A stretch of 64,000 nucleotides of DNA from assembly GCA_965200545.1 (NCBI GenBank), contig CBDAUJ010000002.1, positions 1,224,850 through 1,288,849 of the forward strand, given 5' to 3'. Below the pieces are notes generated by a model, which worked only from the letters and a program-made list of their open reading frames with translations, searched no databases and had not been told where the DNA came from. A program made the translations under genes and the position numbers. This document shows positions 10,758 to 21,059 of this stretch, piece by piece. Every line of letters begins with the position of its first letter. Positions within the stretch are counted from its first letter, which is position 1. This DNA comes from Arenicellales bacterium (GTDB taxonomy: Bacteria; Pseudomonadota; Gammaproteobacteria; Arenicellales; JAJDZL01).

Positions 10758-10997
10758 TTAAAAACAGGTTTTTAAAATAAAAACAGCCTGTATGGTGTGG
10801 CTTTGGGGCGGCTTTTGAAATTGGGGTAAGAAAATCTCTCTCAGTGCTTTGAGGTAAAGAATAAATTCACCCCTCCCAAGTTCATCAGTATCAAAAACCG
10901 CAGGCCAATGGAAAAGCCTCTCTCGCTTCCGATATTTTAACTTGACATGATATTCGGCGTATAATGCGCTACCGCAAAGCTGTTCACCGTTTTGCAT
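10758..10997 (-). CDS. Orphan 79-aa hypothetical ORF in the hflX-hflK insertion
   Basis: This is an ORF only. It has no recognisable motif and no clear RBS. Confidence 0.2.
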   Translation of the reverse strand: MQNGEQLCGSALYAEYHVKLKYRKRERLFHWPAVFDTDELGRGEFILYLKALREIFLPQFQKPPQSHTIQAVFILKTCF

Positions 10998-11098
10998 TGC
11001 AGTTAGCCGTAGGCCGGACGCGCATTCAGCCGACCGCGTTTACACTTCTTCAAATTCACTCATTGACAAAAGATCCAATTAACAGGTAGGTAGACAGT

Positions 11099-12355
11099 AT
11101 GCCTTGGGATGATTCAGGGTCAGGACGCCGGGATAAAAATTCGGGCGGCAGCGGCGGCCCCCGTCAAGGTCCGCCCGACATAGACGATATCGTCGGCGAT
11201 ATTCGTGATAAGTTCTCCAAAATATTATCCGGCGGCGGTGTTGGCAGGCAATCCGGCAGTCCCAAGGATCCAAATTCGGGATCAGGCTCAGGATCAGGCG
11301 GACGCAAGCGCCCCGCCAATCGCAAGACACTGTTTACGATTGCGGCGGTCGTTGTGGTGGGACTTTGGCTGTCAAGCGGTGTCTATGTCGTTGAGCAGGG
11401 TGAGCAAGGTGTCGAACTGCGCTTTGGTGAATACACAACCACGAATGGCGCTGGTCTGCGCTGGCATTTGCCGTATCCGTTTGAGGAAGTGCTGATTGTC
11501 AATGTGCAGAGAGTGAACACGGTTGAAGTCGGCTATCGTCTGGATGAGCGCAATCGAACAGTCACACCTGTCAACCGCGAGGCATTGATGCTGACCGCCG
11601 ATGAAAACATCATCGACATTCAGTTTGCGGTGCAGTACGATGTCAAGGACCCGAAACTGTTGCTGTTCAACGTCTCGGACCCATTGCATTTAGTGGTGCG
11701 CCAGGCGACCGAAAGCGCTGTCCGAGAAATTGTCGGCGGCAGCACCATGGACTTTGTGATTACCGAGGGGCGCGCTGAAGTTGCGCAGGGCACAAAGGTG
11801 CTGCTGCAGGAAATTCTTGATCGCTACGATACAGGTGTGAATGTCCGCGCAGTAGAGATGCAGAACGCCCAGCCGCCGGCGGAAGTTAAAGCCGCATTCG
11901 ACGACGCTGTGAAAGCGCGTGAGGACGAGGAGCGTCTCAAAAATGAGGCTGAAGCCTATTACAACGACATCTTGCCGCGCGCCCGAGGACAGGCCGCTCG
12001 GCTCGTTGAGGAAGCTGTTGCATACAAAGAAAGCACAATTGCCCGCGCTGAAGGTGAGGCATCGCGGTTTCAGCAAATCTTTGATGAGTACATCAAAGCT
12101 CCGCAGATTACTCGCGATCGACTTTATCTGGAGTCGGTCGAGGACGTGCTGACCAATTCAACCAAGTTGATTATCGATCAGGAAAATGGCAATAACATCA
12201 TTTACCTTCCGCTAGATCAGATTATTCAGCGCAGAAACAACAGTACCGATGTGACCGGCGGTCAGATTGGCCAGACCAATGATCAGTCCAGTTTCATCAA
12301 TGAGATTACACGACCCAATCGAGACGTGAACCGCAACAATCGGATTCAAGGTTAA
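11099..12355 (+). CDS. hflK: FtsH protease modulator HflK (SPFH/band 7)
   Basis: 418-aa ORF. The N-terminus MPWDDSGSG...GPPDIDD is Gly-rich and typical of HflK, followed by a TM segment and an SPFH domain. Precedes hflC. Confidence 0.93.
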   Translation: MPWDDSGSGRRDKNSGGSGGPRQGPPDIDDIVGDIRDKFSKILSGGGVGRQSGSPKDPNSGSGSGSGGRKRPANRKTLFTIAAVVVVGLWLSSGVYVVEQGEQGVELRFGEYTTTNGAGLRWHLPYPFEEVLIVNVQRVNTVEVGYRLDERNRTVTPVNREALMLTADENIIDIQFAVQYDVKDPKLLLFNVSDPLHLVVRQATESAVREIVGGSTMDFVITEGRAEVAQGTKVLLQEILDRYDTGVNVRAVEMQNAQPPAEVKAAFDDAVKAREDEERLKNEAEAYYNDILPRARGQAARLVEEAVAYKESTIARAEGEASRFQQIFDEYIKAPQITRDRLYLESVEDVLTNSTKLIIDQENGNNIIYLPLDQIIQRRNNSTDVTGGQIGQTNDQSSFINEITRPNRDVNRNNRIQG

Positions 12356-12386
12356 TCGGACAACATACATTTAAAGGAACGCAATC

Positions 12387-13307
12387 ATGTCAGCTAAAAC
12401 ACTGATTTTAGGTATCGTCGCGCTGATCGCCGGTGTAATCGTATACGAGTCTGTGTACTTCGTCGATGAACGGGAAAAAGCCATCATTTTTCAGTTTGGA
12501 AGAATCGTGGAGTCGCACGATCAAGCCGGTTTGCATTTCAAGAAGCCATTTGTTAACAATGTCAGGTATTTTGATGCGCGGATTCAGACTCTGGATGCCG
12601 ACCCTGAACTGTATTTGACTGGAGAAAAGAAAAATCTGGTCGTTGATTCGTTTGCCAAATGGAGAATTCGCGATGTCGCCAAATACTACGTTACAGTAAG
12701 CGGTCTGCAATCCAATGCCAGGGCGAGACTCGCGCAACGGGTCAACGACAGTTTACGGCAGGAGTTTGGAAAGCGCGCAGTGCAAGAAGTGATTTCTGGA
12801 GATCGGGCCGAGATTATGGAATTGGTGCGTCGTGCTGTGGATAGCGAAGCGGCTGAATTTGGTGTTGAAGTGGTGGATGTCCGCCTCAAGCGTGTGGACT
12901 TGGACCCTGAGGTGAGCGAGCGTGTTTATGCCAGGATGGTCGCGGAGCGGGCGCGGGTCGCAAAAGAACTCCGGGCAAAAGGCGCAGAAGCCGCAGAAAA
13001 AATCAGAGCTGATGCCGATCGTCAGCGGGAAATCACTTTGGCGAATGCATACAGAGAAGCCGAGCAAATTCGCGGTGAAGGTGATGCGATCGCTACCTTA
13101 ACCTATGCAGATGCATTTGGCCGCGACCCAGAGTTTTATCGTCTGTATCGCAGCTTGAATGCTTATCGCTCTACCTTTCGATCCAAAGATGATTTGTTCA
13201 TTCTAGAGCCGACATCCGAATTTTTCCAGTACTTCAAGGGCAACACGCAAGTTGCGGACGATCGGATAGAGTCAGGATTTGTTGGACTGAATTCGACAAA
13301 TCAGTAG
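12387..13307 (+). CDS. hflC: FtsH protease modulator HflC (SPFH/band 7)
   Basis: 306-aa ORF with an N-terminal TM segment, an SPFH domain and a charged coiled-coil region. Confidence 0.93.
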   Translation: MSAKTLILGIVALIAGVIVYESVYFVDEREKAIIFQFGRIVESHDQAGLHFKKPFVNNVRYFDARIQTLDADPELYLTGEKKNLVVDSFAKWRIRDVAKYYVTVSGLQSNARARLAQRVNDSLRQEFGKRAVQEVISGDRAEIMELVRRAVDSEAAEFGVEVVDVRLKRVDLDPEVSERVYARMVAERARVAKELRAKGAEAAEKIRADADRQREITLANAYREAEQIRGEGDAIATLTYADAFGRDPEFYRLYRSLNAYRSTFRSKDDLFILEPTSEFFQYFKGNTQVADDRIESGFVGLNSTNQ

Positions 13308-13313
13308 ACACGC

Positions 13314-13511
13314 ATGCCAACTTGGAAGATACTTGTTACCGCAGTCGGCGTCGCTCTCGTTGTGGAGGGTATGATTTGTTTTGCGATGCCCGAGGTAACG
13401 CGCAACGCCGTCCGAAAGATTCTTGAGATGGATCTTAAGGTTTTCCGTATGATCGGTCTCGGGGCTTTTGTTTCAGGTTTGCTGATATTCGTAATCGCCA
13501 CGCGCATCTGA
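13314..13511 (+). CDS. DUF2065 small membrane protein (YjeT-like)
   Basis: 65-aa ORF with two TM segments, immediately after hflC, matching the position of E. coli yjeT. Confidence 0.7.
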   Translation: MPTWKILVTAVGVALVVEGMICFAMPEVTRNAVRKILEMDLKVFRMIGLGAFVSGLLIFVIATRI

Positions 13512-13618
13512 CACCCTCGCAGTTCACAGGCTATCAGGCTCAAATCTCGCCGCCTTCAGCGAGAGCTGGCTCATTATCTGCCGAACAAAATGCAACTGCA
13601 AAATATTGCTTTGCGGCT

Positions 13619-14803
13619 ATGACTGATTCTTGGATTCAACTCGGCGGTGTCGAGCAGATTTTGCCGCCGGATGCTTGGGAACTGGAGATTCTGCGCCGTA
13701 AGATTCTGGATCGCCTGTTCCAGAACGGCTATGATCTGGTTGTTCCGCCCATAGCCGATTTTATCGAGTCACTGCTGGGCGGCACCAGTGAAGATTTGGA
13801 TCTGCTGACGGTCAAGGCGCCCGATTATGCCAGCGGAAAATTGTTTGGCATTCGCGCCGACATGACACCGCAAATCGCTCGTATCGCAGCTCATCATATG
13901 CCGGTGAAAGACACCGTAGTTCGGCTATGCTATCTTGGATCAAACCTATTGGCTCGTCCGCGTCACCAGGGCGAGTCGCGGGAGTTGCTGCAATATGGCG
14001 CTGAGATCTTCGGTTCGCCATCCCCGCAAGCCGATGGCGAGGTTGTGCGACTGATGGTCGAATGTTTGCAGCTTGCAGGCGCACATCAGCTTTCGGTTTC
14101 AGTCGGTCATGTCGGTGTGATCGCTGCGCTGTTTGAGGCACTGGATTTGAATCGTGATCCGAACCGACGGCGTCAGGTGCTGACGGCAATGCAACAGTAT
14201 TCGAAGCCATGCCTGCGGGAAATGGCTGCTGAATCAAAGCTGTCGCCCCAGGCAATGGACCTTTTGTGCAATGTGATTGATTGCAATGGCAGTGTTGCAG
14301 CGGCTGATGATATTCTGTTAAGAATTACGGGTGTCAGCGACGCGCTGGATGCACTGCTGACGGAGTTTGGTCAATTTATTGGGCAGCTGGCACAGGATGT
14401 CGAGGGCGTTGACTTTCAGCTTGATATGGCACAAGTCGGTGGGTTTCAGTACCATACAGGGGTTGTGTTTTCGGCATACGGAGCCGGCCATGGTTATGCG
14501 CTGGCCAATGGCGGCAGATATGACTGTGTGTTGTCAGGATATGGCCAGCTGTGCCCTGCTACTGGTTTCAGCGGTGATATGCGACTGTTGCGCCGTTTGC
14601 TTGGTCGCAAGAACCGCAAAGGAATTCTGCTTGCGCCAAACGCAAAGTTGCCTGAGGCCGAAATCAGCCGTCTTCTGAAAAACGACGATCGAGTCATTCG
14701 TCAGTTGCCGGGCCAGCCCGCAAGTGCAATGGATTTTGCTTGTGATCGCAAATTCATCAACCGAGACGGCCGCTGGGCTGTTGTGCCGTTCGGGCAGGAG
14801 TGA
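13619..14803 (+). CDS. hisZ: ATP phosphoribosyltransferase regulatory subunit HisZ (HisRS paralog)
   Basis: 394-aa class II aaRS-like ORF directly upstream of purA, the common hisZ-purA arrangement. Confidence 0.8.
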   Translation: MTDSWIQLGGVEQILPPDAWELEILRRKILDRLFQNGYDLVVPPIADFIESLLGGTSEDLDLLTVKAPDYASGKLFGIRADMTPQIARIAAHHMPVKDTVVRLCYLGSNLLARPRHQGESRELLQYGAEIFGSPSPQADGEVVRLMVECLQLAGAHQLSVSVGHVGVIAALFEALDLNRDPNRRRQVLTAMQQYSKPCLREMAAESKLSPQAMDLLCNVIDCNGSVAAADDILLRITGVSDALDALLTEFGQFIGQLAQDVEGVDFQLDMAQVGGFQYHTGVVFSAYGAGHGYALANGGRYDCVLSGYGQLCPATGFSGDMRLLRRLLGRKNRKGILLAPNAKLPEAEISRLLKNDDRVIRQLPGQPASAMDFACDRKFINRDGRWAVVPFGQE

Positions 14804-14806
14804 CTT

Positions 14807-16117
14807 GTGGCAGTTCATACGTTCGCAGTTATTGGCGGTCAGTGGGGGGATGAAGGCAAAGGCAAGGTAGTTGATTGCCTCAGTTCCAACTCTGATGCTG
14901 TTGTTCGCTTTCAAGGAGGGCATAACGCCGGTCATACGCTGGTCGCAGCCGGTGAGAAAGTGATTGTTCACTTGATCCCAGCGGGTATTTTGCATCCGCA
15001 AGTTACAGCGTTTATCGGCAACGGAGTGGTGCTGTCTATTGATGCGCTGAGAAGAGAAATTGCCAGCATTCCCAAGCAAGTTGAAAACGTTGCCGGCCGG
15101 CTTAGAATCAGCGAGGATTGCGCTTTGCTGCTGCCAACTCATGCGGCGCTTGATCAGGCGCGCGAGAAAGCGAAAGGCAAAAAAGCCATTGGCACCACAA
15201 GCCGGGGCATCGGTCCTGCATATGAGGACAAAATCGCGCGCCGTGGTTTGAAACTGCACGATTTGAGCAATGCATCCCGCATGCGCGACAAAGCGACTGA
15301 GCTGATCGACTATCACAATTTCCTGCTTGATAAGTACTGTCATGCAGAGCCTTTCGACCGGGTCGAGGCAGTAGCCAAGCTTGAGGCGGCCAGAGAATGG
15401 ATTATGCCCATGATGGCGGATGTTGTGAGCGAGGTTTCAGGCATGATCGAGCAGGGCAAGAAAGTTTTGTTTGAGGGTGCGCAAGGTGTAATGCTGGACA
15501 TTGATCATGGCACTTTTCCGTTTGTGACCTCTTCAAATACAGGTGCCGGTGCGATCGTCACAGGCGCTGGGATTGCGCTTTCAAAAGTTCAGCATATTGT
15601 CGCAATTACCAAAGCATACACGACTCGTGTCGGGGCAGGACCGTTTCCAACTGAACTGCATGACCAGACCGGCAAGCATATCGCGGCGCGCGGTGCAGAA
15701 TTTGGCGCCACGACAGGTCGGCCGCGGCGCTGCGGGTGGCTTGATGCAGTGCTGTTGCGGCGCGCCAATGCAATCAATGGCTTTCATGGACTTTGTATTA
15801 CAAAATTGGATGTACTGGATCAACTGGAAACTATCTGTATCTGTTATGCGTATCGATTTGAGGGCCAGACTGTGACTGAGCTTTCGAGCAATGCCAAAAA
15901 TCTAGAACGTTGCGAACCTGTGTATGAGGAAGTGCCTGGGTGGCTTGAGTCTACGCATGGCGTGACGCAATACGAGAAGTTACCAAGTCGCGCCAGATAC
16001 TTTATTGAGCGGGTCGAGAAACTGATCGGCATTCCGGTTGACATCGTATCGACCGGACCCGATCGGTCGCACATCATCTATCGAAATTTCGACATTCAGA
16101 AATTCGCTGAAAACTGA
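14807..16117 (+). CDS. purA: Adenylosuccinate synthetase
   Basis: Motifs GGQWGDEGKGK, GGHNAGHT and TTGRPRRCGWLD. The GTG start lies 3 nt after the hisZ stop. Confidence 0.96.
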   Translation: MAVHTFAVIGGQWGDEGKGKVVDCLSSNSDAVVRFQGGHNAGHTLVAAGEKVIVHLIPAGILHPQVTAFIGNGVVLSIDALRREIASIPKQVENVAGRLRISEDCALLLPTHAALDQAREKAKGKKAIGTTSRGIGPAYEDKIARRGLKLHDLSNASRMRDKATELIDYHNFLLDKYCHAEPFDRVEAVAKLEAAREWIMPMMADVVSEVSGMIEQGKKVLFEGAQGVMLDIDHGTFPFVTSSNTGAGAIVTGAGIALSKVQHIVAITKAYTTRVGAGPFPTELHDQTGKHIAARGAEFGATTGRPRRCGWLDAVLLRRANAINGFHGLCITKLDVLDQLETICICYAYRFEGQTVTELSSNAKNLERCEPVYEEVPGWLESTHGVTQYEKLPSRARYFIERVEKLIGIPVDIVSTGPDRSHIIYRNFDIQKFAEN

Positions 16118-16134
16118 TTGCTCGGGAATGATGC

Positions 16135-16605
16135 TTATCCGATCTTGACCGAGCTGTTCAGTGTGATGGACCCGCCGTTGACGATTTGAGCCCGCAGCCC
16201 GCCTTTATGCAACCATTGCTTGACAAGTTTTGGGTGCCCGGTCATCTCACTGAGGTAAGTGCAAGGCTCACACAACCTGATTCCGTGAAGTGTTGCGCTT
16301 CCGACCTCAAAGGTATGTTGGACCAGATTGTTCAAATCGACATGGCGCGTCACGATATTGCGTCTGCATTCATTGTAGGGCAGGGCAATGCCATGATTTT
16401 CGTTGAGATACTCAAAGGCTTCGGCTTCAATCAGTGTAATTTGCTGGTCCGGTTCAATATTCGAGATTGACAACGTGCCCGCCATTTCGTAGTAGCGATC
16501 CCCTACAATGCCGCGATCTTTGACAACTTGTATACGCTCGACTGAATTCATTGATCCACCGGATTCCTCGGTGATGAACATAGCGATTACAATTCCAGTT
16601 TGCAT
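16135..16605 (-). CDS. MOSC domain-containing protein
   Basis: 156-aa ORF with MOSC-like segments GIVGDRYY and LHGIRLCEPC. The true start may be an internal Met. Confidence 0.7.
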   Translation of the reverse strand: MQTGIVIAMFITEESGGSMNSVERIQVVKDRGIVGDRYYEMAGTLSISNIEPDQQITLIEAEAFEYLNENHGIALPYNECRRNIVTRHVDLNNLVQHTFEVGSATLHGIRLCEPCTYLSEMTGHPKLVKQWLHKGGLRAQIVNGGSITLNSSVKIG

Positions 16606-16791
16606 TGGCGCTGATCCCGATGGTGGCGATTGATTGAGCCGCTTGAGTTTTGTAAATTATACGTGTTGGCCGAAACATAATTTGCACCCATCGCGCGACT
16701 TTTTGCTGAAGCCGCAAACAATTCATGGCCGCATTGCGCAGCAAGCCAACACGCAAAGAAAATACCAATATAATGCGCATTCGATTTTTGG

Positions 16792-16878
16792 GCCGAGGTG
16801 GCGAAATTGGCAGACGCGCTAGCTTCAGGTGCTAGTGGAGGAAACTCCGTGGAGGTTCAAGTCCTCTCCTCGGCACCA
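16792..16878 (+). tRNA. tRNA-Leu (anticodon CAG), type II with long variable arm and encoded CCA
   Basis: Acceptor stem GCCGAGG/CCTCGGC. Anticodon stem CTAGC/GCTAG with loop TTCAGGT. Variable arm TGGAGGAAACTCCGT. T-loop TTCAAGT. 3' end ACCA. Confidence 0.93.
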
Positions 16879-16944
16879 CAAAATCATCTGCGGCAAACTG
16901 ACTCAAAGTCGCAGCGTTGACAAGGCAGGCCAGTGACTCAGGGA

Positions 16945-18030
16945 TCATGTCTGGGTAGCATTGGCAATGGTCTCGACGAGCCGAGCATATGGATAATCGT
17001 CCTTGATGACTGCGTTGGCGATTCCATTCAGCAATATGAGTCGAATAATCTGATTCTCAACTTTCTTGTCGTGTGCCATCGCACTGAGGAAATCCTCGGC
17101 GGTCATGCCCGGCGGCGGGGCCGTTGGAAGATCCGCTCGCGCGATCAAATTCTTGATGCCCTCTGCCTCATGTTTTTTCAGCATTCCTAAATCTTGCGAA
17201 AACTTCGCAGCAAGAACCATGCCGACACTGACCGCTTCACCATGCAACCAGTCTTTATATCCCAGCTTGGTCTCAATCGCATGGCCGAATGTATGGCCAA
17301 AATTCAAGATTGCCCGGATGCCTGACTCGCGCTCATCCGTTGCTACCACTTCAGCTTTGTTTCTGCACGACTGCTCAATGGCATAGGCTAAGCATTCCGC
17401 GTCACGTTGCGTCAGTGATTCCATCTCGCGTTCCAGCCAATCAAAAAAATACTGATCGCGAATGATTCCGTATTTGATGATTTCTGCGATTCCCGCATTC
17501 ACTTCCCTTTGTGGCAAAGTCGCCAATGTATGTGTATCGCAAACTACACACTGCGGCTGGTTGAATGCACCGATCATGTTTTTTCCGCGAGCATGATTGA
17601 CACCGGTTTTGCCGCCGACCGATGAATCTACCTGCGCGAGGAGCGTAGTTGGAACTTGGATATAGGGGATGCCCCGCTGATAACAGGCCGCAGCAAATCC
17701 GGTAATGTCCCCGACGACACCGCCGCCCAGCGCGATGAGCGTGGTTTTGCGGTCACATCGCGCGTCAATCAAGGCATCAAAGATGCCGTTGACGGTAACC
17801 AGGGTTTTGTTGATTTCGCCGTCGGCAAGGATATGCACCAAAACTTCGGCGATTGGAGCCAATGCCGCGCTAAGCCGGGTTGCGTATAGCGGCGCAATCG
17901 ACTCATTGGTGACGATCATCACTTTTGATCCGTGAATGTGCGGGCGATACAGCTGTGTATCTGCAAGGATGTCTCGACCAATGTAGATTGGATACGAACG
18001 CGTATTTAACTCAACAGTCAGTGTGTTCAT
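16945..18030 (-). CDS. aroB: 3-dehydroquinate synthase
   Basis: 361-aa ORF with GGGVVGD and metal and NAD motifs. The start overlaps the aroK stop by 4 nt. Confidence 0.95.
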   Translation of the reverse strand: MNTLTVELNTRSYPIYIGRDILADTQLYRPHIHGSKVMIVTNESIAPLYATRLSAALAPIAEVLVHILADGEINKTLVTVNGIFDALIDARCDRKTTLIALGGGVVGDITGFAAACYQRGIPYIQVPTTLLAQVDSSVGGKTGVNHARGKNMIGAFNQPQCVVCDTHTLATLPQREVNAGIAEIIKYGIIRDQYFFDWLEREMESLTQRDAECLAYAIEQSCRNKAEVVATDERESGIRAILNFGHTFGHAIETKLGYKDWLHGEAVSVGMVLAAKFSQDLGMLKKHEAEGIKNLIARADLPTAPPPGMTAEDFLSAMAHDKKVENQIIRLILLNGIANAVIKDDYPYARLVETIANATQT

Positions 18031-18560
18031 GTTGCAAGCAGGTAGTGTTCGATTTCCTGAGCCACTGTATCAATCAATTTCCCGTCCGTTCTGACTGTAA
18101 GATCTGCTTCGCTGCGATACAGGGGCATGCGTGTCTCCATCAGTTCGGACAGGCGGTCCAAGGGATTTGCCGCATCGAAATTGGGACGATTGCTGCGATT
18201 TCGTATTCGCTCATACTGCTGCACGGGTGTCGCATGCAGGTAGACGACGATGCCACGTCGAATCAGTTCACGATTTTGTGCGGATAAAATTGCCCCGCCG
18301 CCGGTGGCCAGAACGGCGCCGGTTAAATCTTGGTATTGTCTGAGCATGGCAGATTCACGCTTGCGGAACCCGGCTTCGCCTTCGGTCGCAAAAATTTTTG
18401 TGATGCTCTGATTTGCGGCTTGCTCGATCTGTTTGTCAAGATCAACAAATCCCACGGCCAGTCTTTGCGATAGCGCTCGTCCGACCGTTGTCTTCCCCGC
18501 ACCCATCGGACCGATCAGCACGATCATCGGATTGGAATGCCTGTATCTGGATCGACTCAC
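18027..18560 (-). CDS. aroK: Shikimate kinase
   Basis: P-loop GPMGAGKTTVG. The ORF opens at 18665 but would overlap the mrcA start region. A GTG at 18560 (or the ATG at 18527) gives a normal length. Confidence 0.88.
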   Translation of the reverse strand: MSRSRYRHSNPMIVLIGPMGAGKTTVGRALSQRLAVGFVDLDKQIEQAANQSITKIFATEGEAGFRKRESAMLRQYQDLTGAVLATGGGAILSAQNRELIRRGIVVYLHATPVQQYERIRNRSNRPNFDAANPLDRLSELMETRMPLYRSEADLTVRTDGKLIDTVAQEIEHYLLAT

Positions 18561-18645
18561 TGAATCCTCGACGGGTGCCCGAGCGAAGGCTCGCAGCACG
18601 TAAATTGATAAGCACTGCGATATTATCTGTGATAATATCTTCTTG

Positions 18646-21045
18646 ATGAAAAGAAAAATTCTCATTCAAGCATTGCGATTTGTCGCCAACATGGCAGCCG
18701 CGGGCGTTGCGGCCGCATTCATTGCCGTTTTAGTGCTTTTGCCCGGTTTGCCGGACATTGAGTCGATTCAGCAGCTTGAGTTGAAGATTCCGCTGCGTAT
18801 TTTCAGCGGGGACGCACAGCTGATGGGTGAATATGGTTCGGAACGCCGAATTCCGCTGCGAATTGAAGATGCGCCTAATCGTCTGATCGCAGCAATTCTT
18901 TCTGCCGAGGACGACCGCTATTACGAGCATGTTGGAATCGATTATCGCGGTCTGCTGAGAGCGATCTACGCCAATGTCCAGTCGGGCAGTCGCTCGCAGG
19001 GTGCCAGCACCATCACAATGCAGGTGGCGCGGAATTACTTTCTGACCCCGGAAAGAACCTATATCCGCAAAGCGCGCGAAGCGCTGCTGGCGCTGCGGCT
19101 TGAGCAGCGATTGACTAAAGATGAGATTTTTGAACTTTATCTCAACAAGATATTTCTCGGTCATCGCGCGTATGGCTTTCAAGCCGCGGCATCAGTTTAC
19201 TATGGAAAGTCGCTGGAAGAGTTGACCAATGCACAGTTCGCGATGCTCGCAGCACTCCCGAAAGCTCCGTCAGCTGTCAACCCCATTTCAAACCCTGAAA
19301 CTGCACTGATTCGAAGAAACTATGTGCTGGATCGAATGTTCGGACTCGGCTACCTGTCACCGGCAAGTCATCAAAGCGCAATCGAAGAGCCGATCAGCGC
19401 CAAACTCCATTTGGCTGAAGTTGATCTGAAGGCCCCTTATGTGGCCGAACATATCCGTCAGTTCATGTTCGAGCAATATGGGGATGACGTGTATGCGGAC
19501 GGTTACAGCGTTTACGCGACGATTCAATCCAAAGATCAGCGTGCGGCGGTGCAAGGTCTGCGCAAGGGCCTGATCACCTATGACATGCGGCATGGATATC
19601 GCGGTGCCGTCGACAAGCTGGATGTCGAAGCCTTTGACGGCGATATGGTGCGATTGAGTGATGCACTTAAGGAGGTGCCTTTCAGTCAGGAGATTGTTCC
19701 CGTCGTCATCACGGAAGTCACAGACGAGGCGGCGATTGCGGTGACACGCTCTGCGGAAATGATTACGATTCCCTTTGAGAAGATCAAATGGGCGCGCAAG
19801 CATCTGAGCAGTCGCGCTCTGGGTTCAAAGCTTGAAAAACCCAGCGAGGCGCTGAGTGTCGGGGATATTGTTTACGCGCGCTTGGATGAACAGCAGACCT
19901 GGACTGTATCCCAAATTCCGCAGGTTGGCGGCGCCCTGATTGCGATTGATGTTCACGATGGTGCGGTGCGGGCCATGGTTGGCGGTTTTGACTACTATAT
20001 GAACAAATTCAATCGGGCAACCCAAGCGGTACGGCAAGTTGGATCGAACATCAAGCCATTCATCTATTCCGCTGCTCTGGAAAACGGCTACACCGCAGCC
20101 AGTATGGTTTCTGGCGCACCGGTTGTGATCAAAGACGAACAGACTGATATCCTTTGGCGCCCGGAGAACTACAGTGGTAAATTTTTTGGCACGACGCGCT
20201 TGCGTGAGGCACTGAGCCGGTCAGTCAATTTGGTATCAGTTCGGATTCTGCGCAGTATCGGCATTGAGCCGGCGGTCGCTCACATGTCCAAGTTCGGATT
20301 TGACAGAGAAGCCTTGCCACCGGGATTGGCCTTGGCCCTCGGCGCCTTCGAGACAACGCCAATGGAGGTCGTCACCGGCTACGCTGCATTCGCCAACGGC
20401 GGTTATGTTGTTGAGCCGTACTTTATTGATTTTGTCAAGGACCGTGATGGCAAGGTCGTCTATACGGGCAAGCGTTCTGAGGTTTGCAGTGTCTGCCTGG
20501 AGGAGCCGGCGGCTGCCAAAGCATCTGGATCCATGCCTTCGGTGCAGCGGGCCGATCGTGCGATTTCCAGCGCTAATGCATACATCATGCATGAAATGTT
20601 GCGCGAGGTTGTCAAGTCGGGTACTGCACGCAAAGCCAAGTCTCTAAAGCGTTCGGATATTGGCGGCAAAACGGGGACGACGAATGACTTTGAGGACGCT
20701 TGGTTTTCCGGTTTTGGAGGGGATGTCGCAGCGACCGTGTGGATTGGATTTGACAATCCTGCCGATCTTGGTCGTCATGAGGCCGGGGCCAGGGCTGCAT
20801 TGCCGGTGTGGATTGATTTCATGGAAACTGCCTTGGAGGGCCGAGACGAAAATTTGCCGCACCCGCCTGATAATGTTGTCGCAGTGACAATTCACTCGCA
20901 AACCGGCGAGCCGGTCTTTGCAGATCATCCTGAGGGATTTACTGAAGTCTTTATGTTTGGCTCTGAGCCGCTTATAGCAACGGCTTCTACAGCCGATACT
21001 GAAGAACTTGCAACAGTACCGCAGTCGGTCGATGACCTATTTTGA
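18646..21045 (+). CDS. mrcA: Penicillin-binding protein 1A (bifunctional transglycosylase/transpeptidase)
   Basis: GT51 motifs EDDRYYEH and ITMQVARN. Transpeptidase motifs SNIK (SxxK) and KTGTTND. Confidence 0.93.
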   Translation: MKRKILIQALRFVANMAAAGVAAAFIAVLVLLPGLPDIESIQQLELKIPLRIFSGDAQLMGEYGSERRIPLRIEDAPNRLIAAILSAEDDRYYEHVGIDYRGLLRAIYANVQSGSRSQGASTITMQVARNYFLTPERTYIRKAREALLALRLEQRLTKDEIFELYLNKIFLGHRAYGFQAAASVYYGKSLEELTNAQFAMLAALPKAPSAVNPISNPETALIRRNYVLDRMFGLGYLSPASHQSAIEEPISAKLHLAEVDLKAPYVAEHIRQFMFEQYGDDVYADGYSVYATIQSKDQRAAVQGLRKGLITYDMRHGYRGAVDKLDVEAFDGDMVRLSDALKEVPFSQEIVPVVITEVTDEAAIAVTRSAEMITIPFEKIKWARKHLSSRALGSKLEKPSEALSVGDIVYARLDEQQTWTVSQIPQVGGALIAIDVHDGAVRAMVGGFDYYMNKFNRATQAVRQVGSNIKPFIYSAALENGYTAASMVSGAPVVIKDEQTDILWRPENYSGKFFGTTRLREALSRSVNLVSVRILRSIGIEPAVAHMSKFGFDREALPPGLALALGAFETTPMEVVTGYAAFANGGYVVEPYFIDFVKDRDGKVVYTGKRSEVCSVCLEEPAAAKASGSMPSVQRADRAISSANAYIMHEMLREVVKSGTARKAKSLKRSDIGGKTGTTNDFEDAWFSGFGGDVAATVWIGFDNPADLGRHEAGARAALPVWIDFMETALEGRDENLPHPPDNVVAVTIHSQTGEPVFADHPEGFTEVFMFGSEPLIATASTADTEELATVPQSVDDLF

Positions 21046-21059
21046 GTAGATCGAAAGCG

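Noticed and set aside
10942-10965. Perfect TTGACA and TATAAT hexamers on the plus strand
   Set aside because: They are separated by only 12 nt, far from the 16-18 nt spacing needed for a sigma-70 promoter. Probably coincidental.
14534-15343. 269-aa minus-strand ORF
   Set aside because: It is antisense to the hisZ end and purA, both strongly supported. Shadow ORF.
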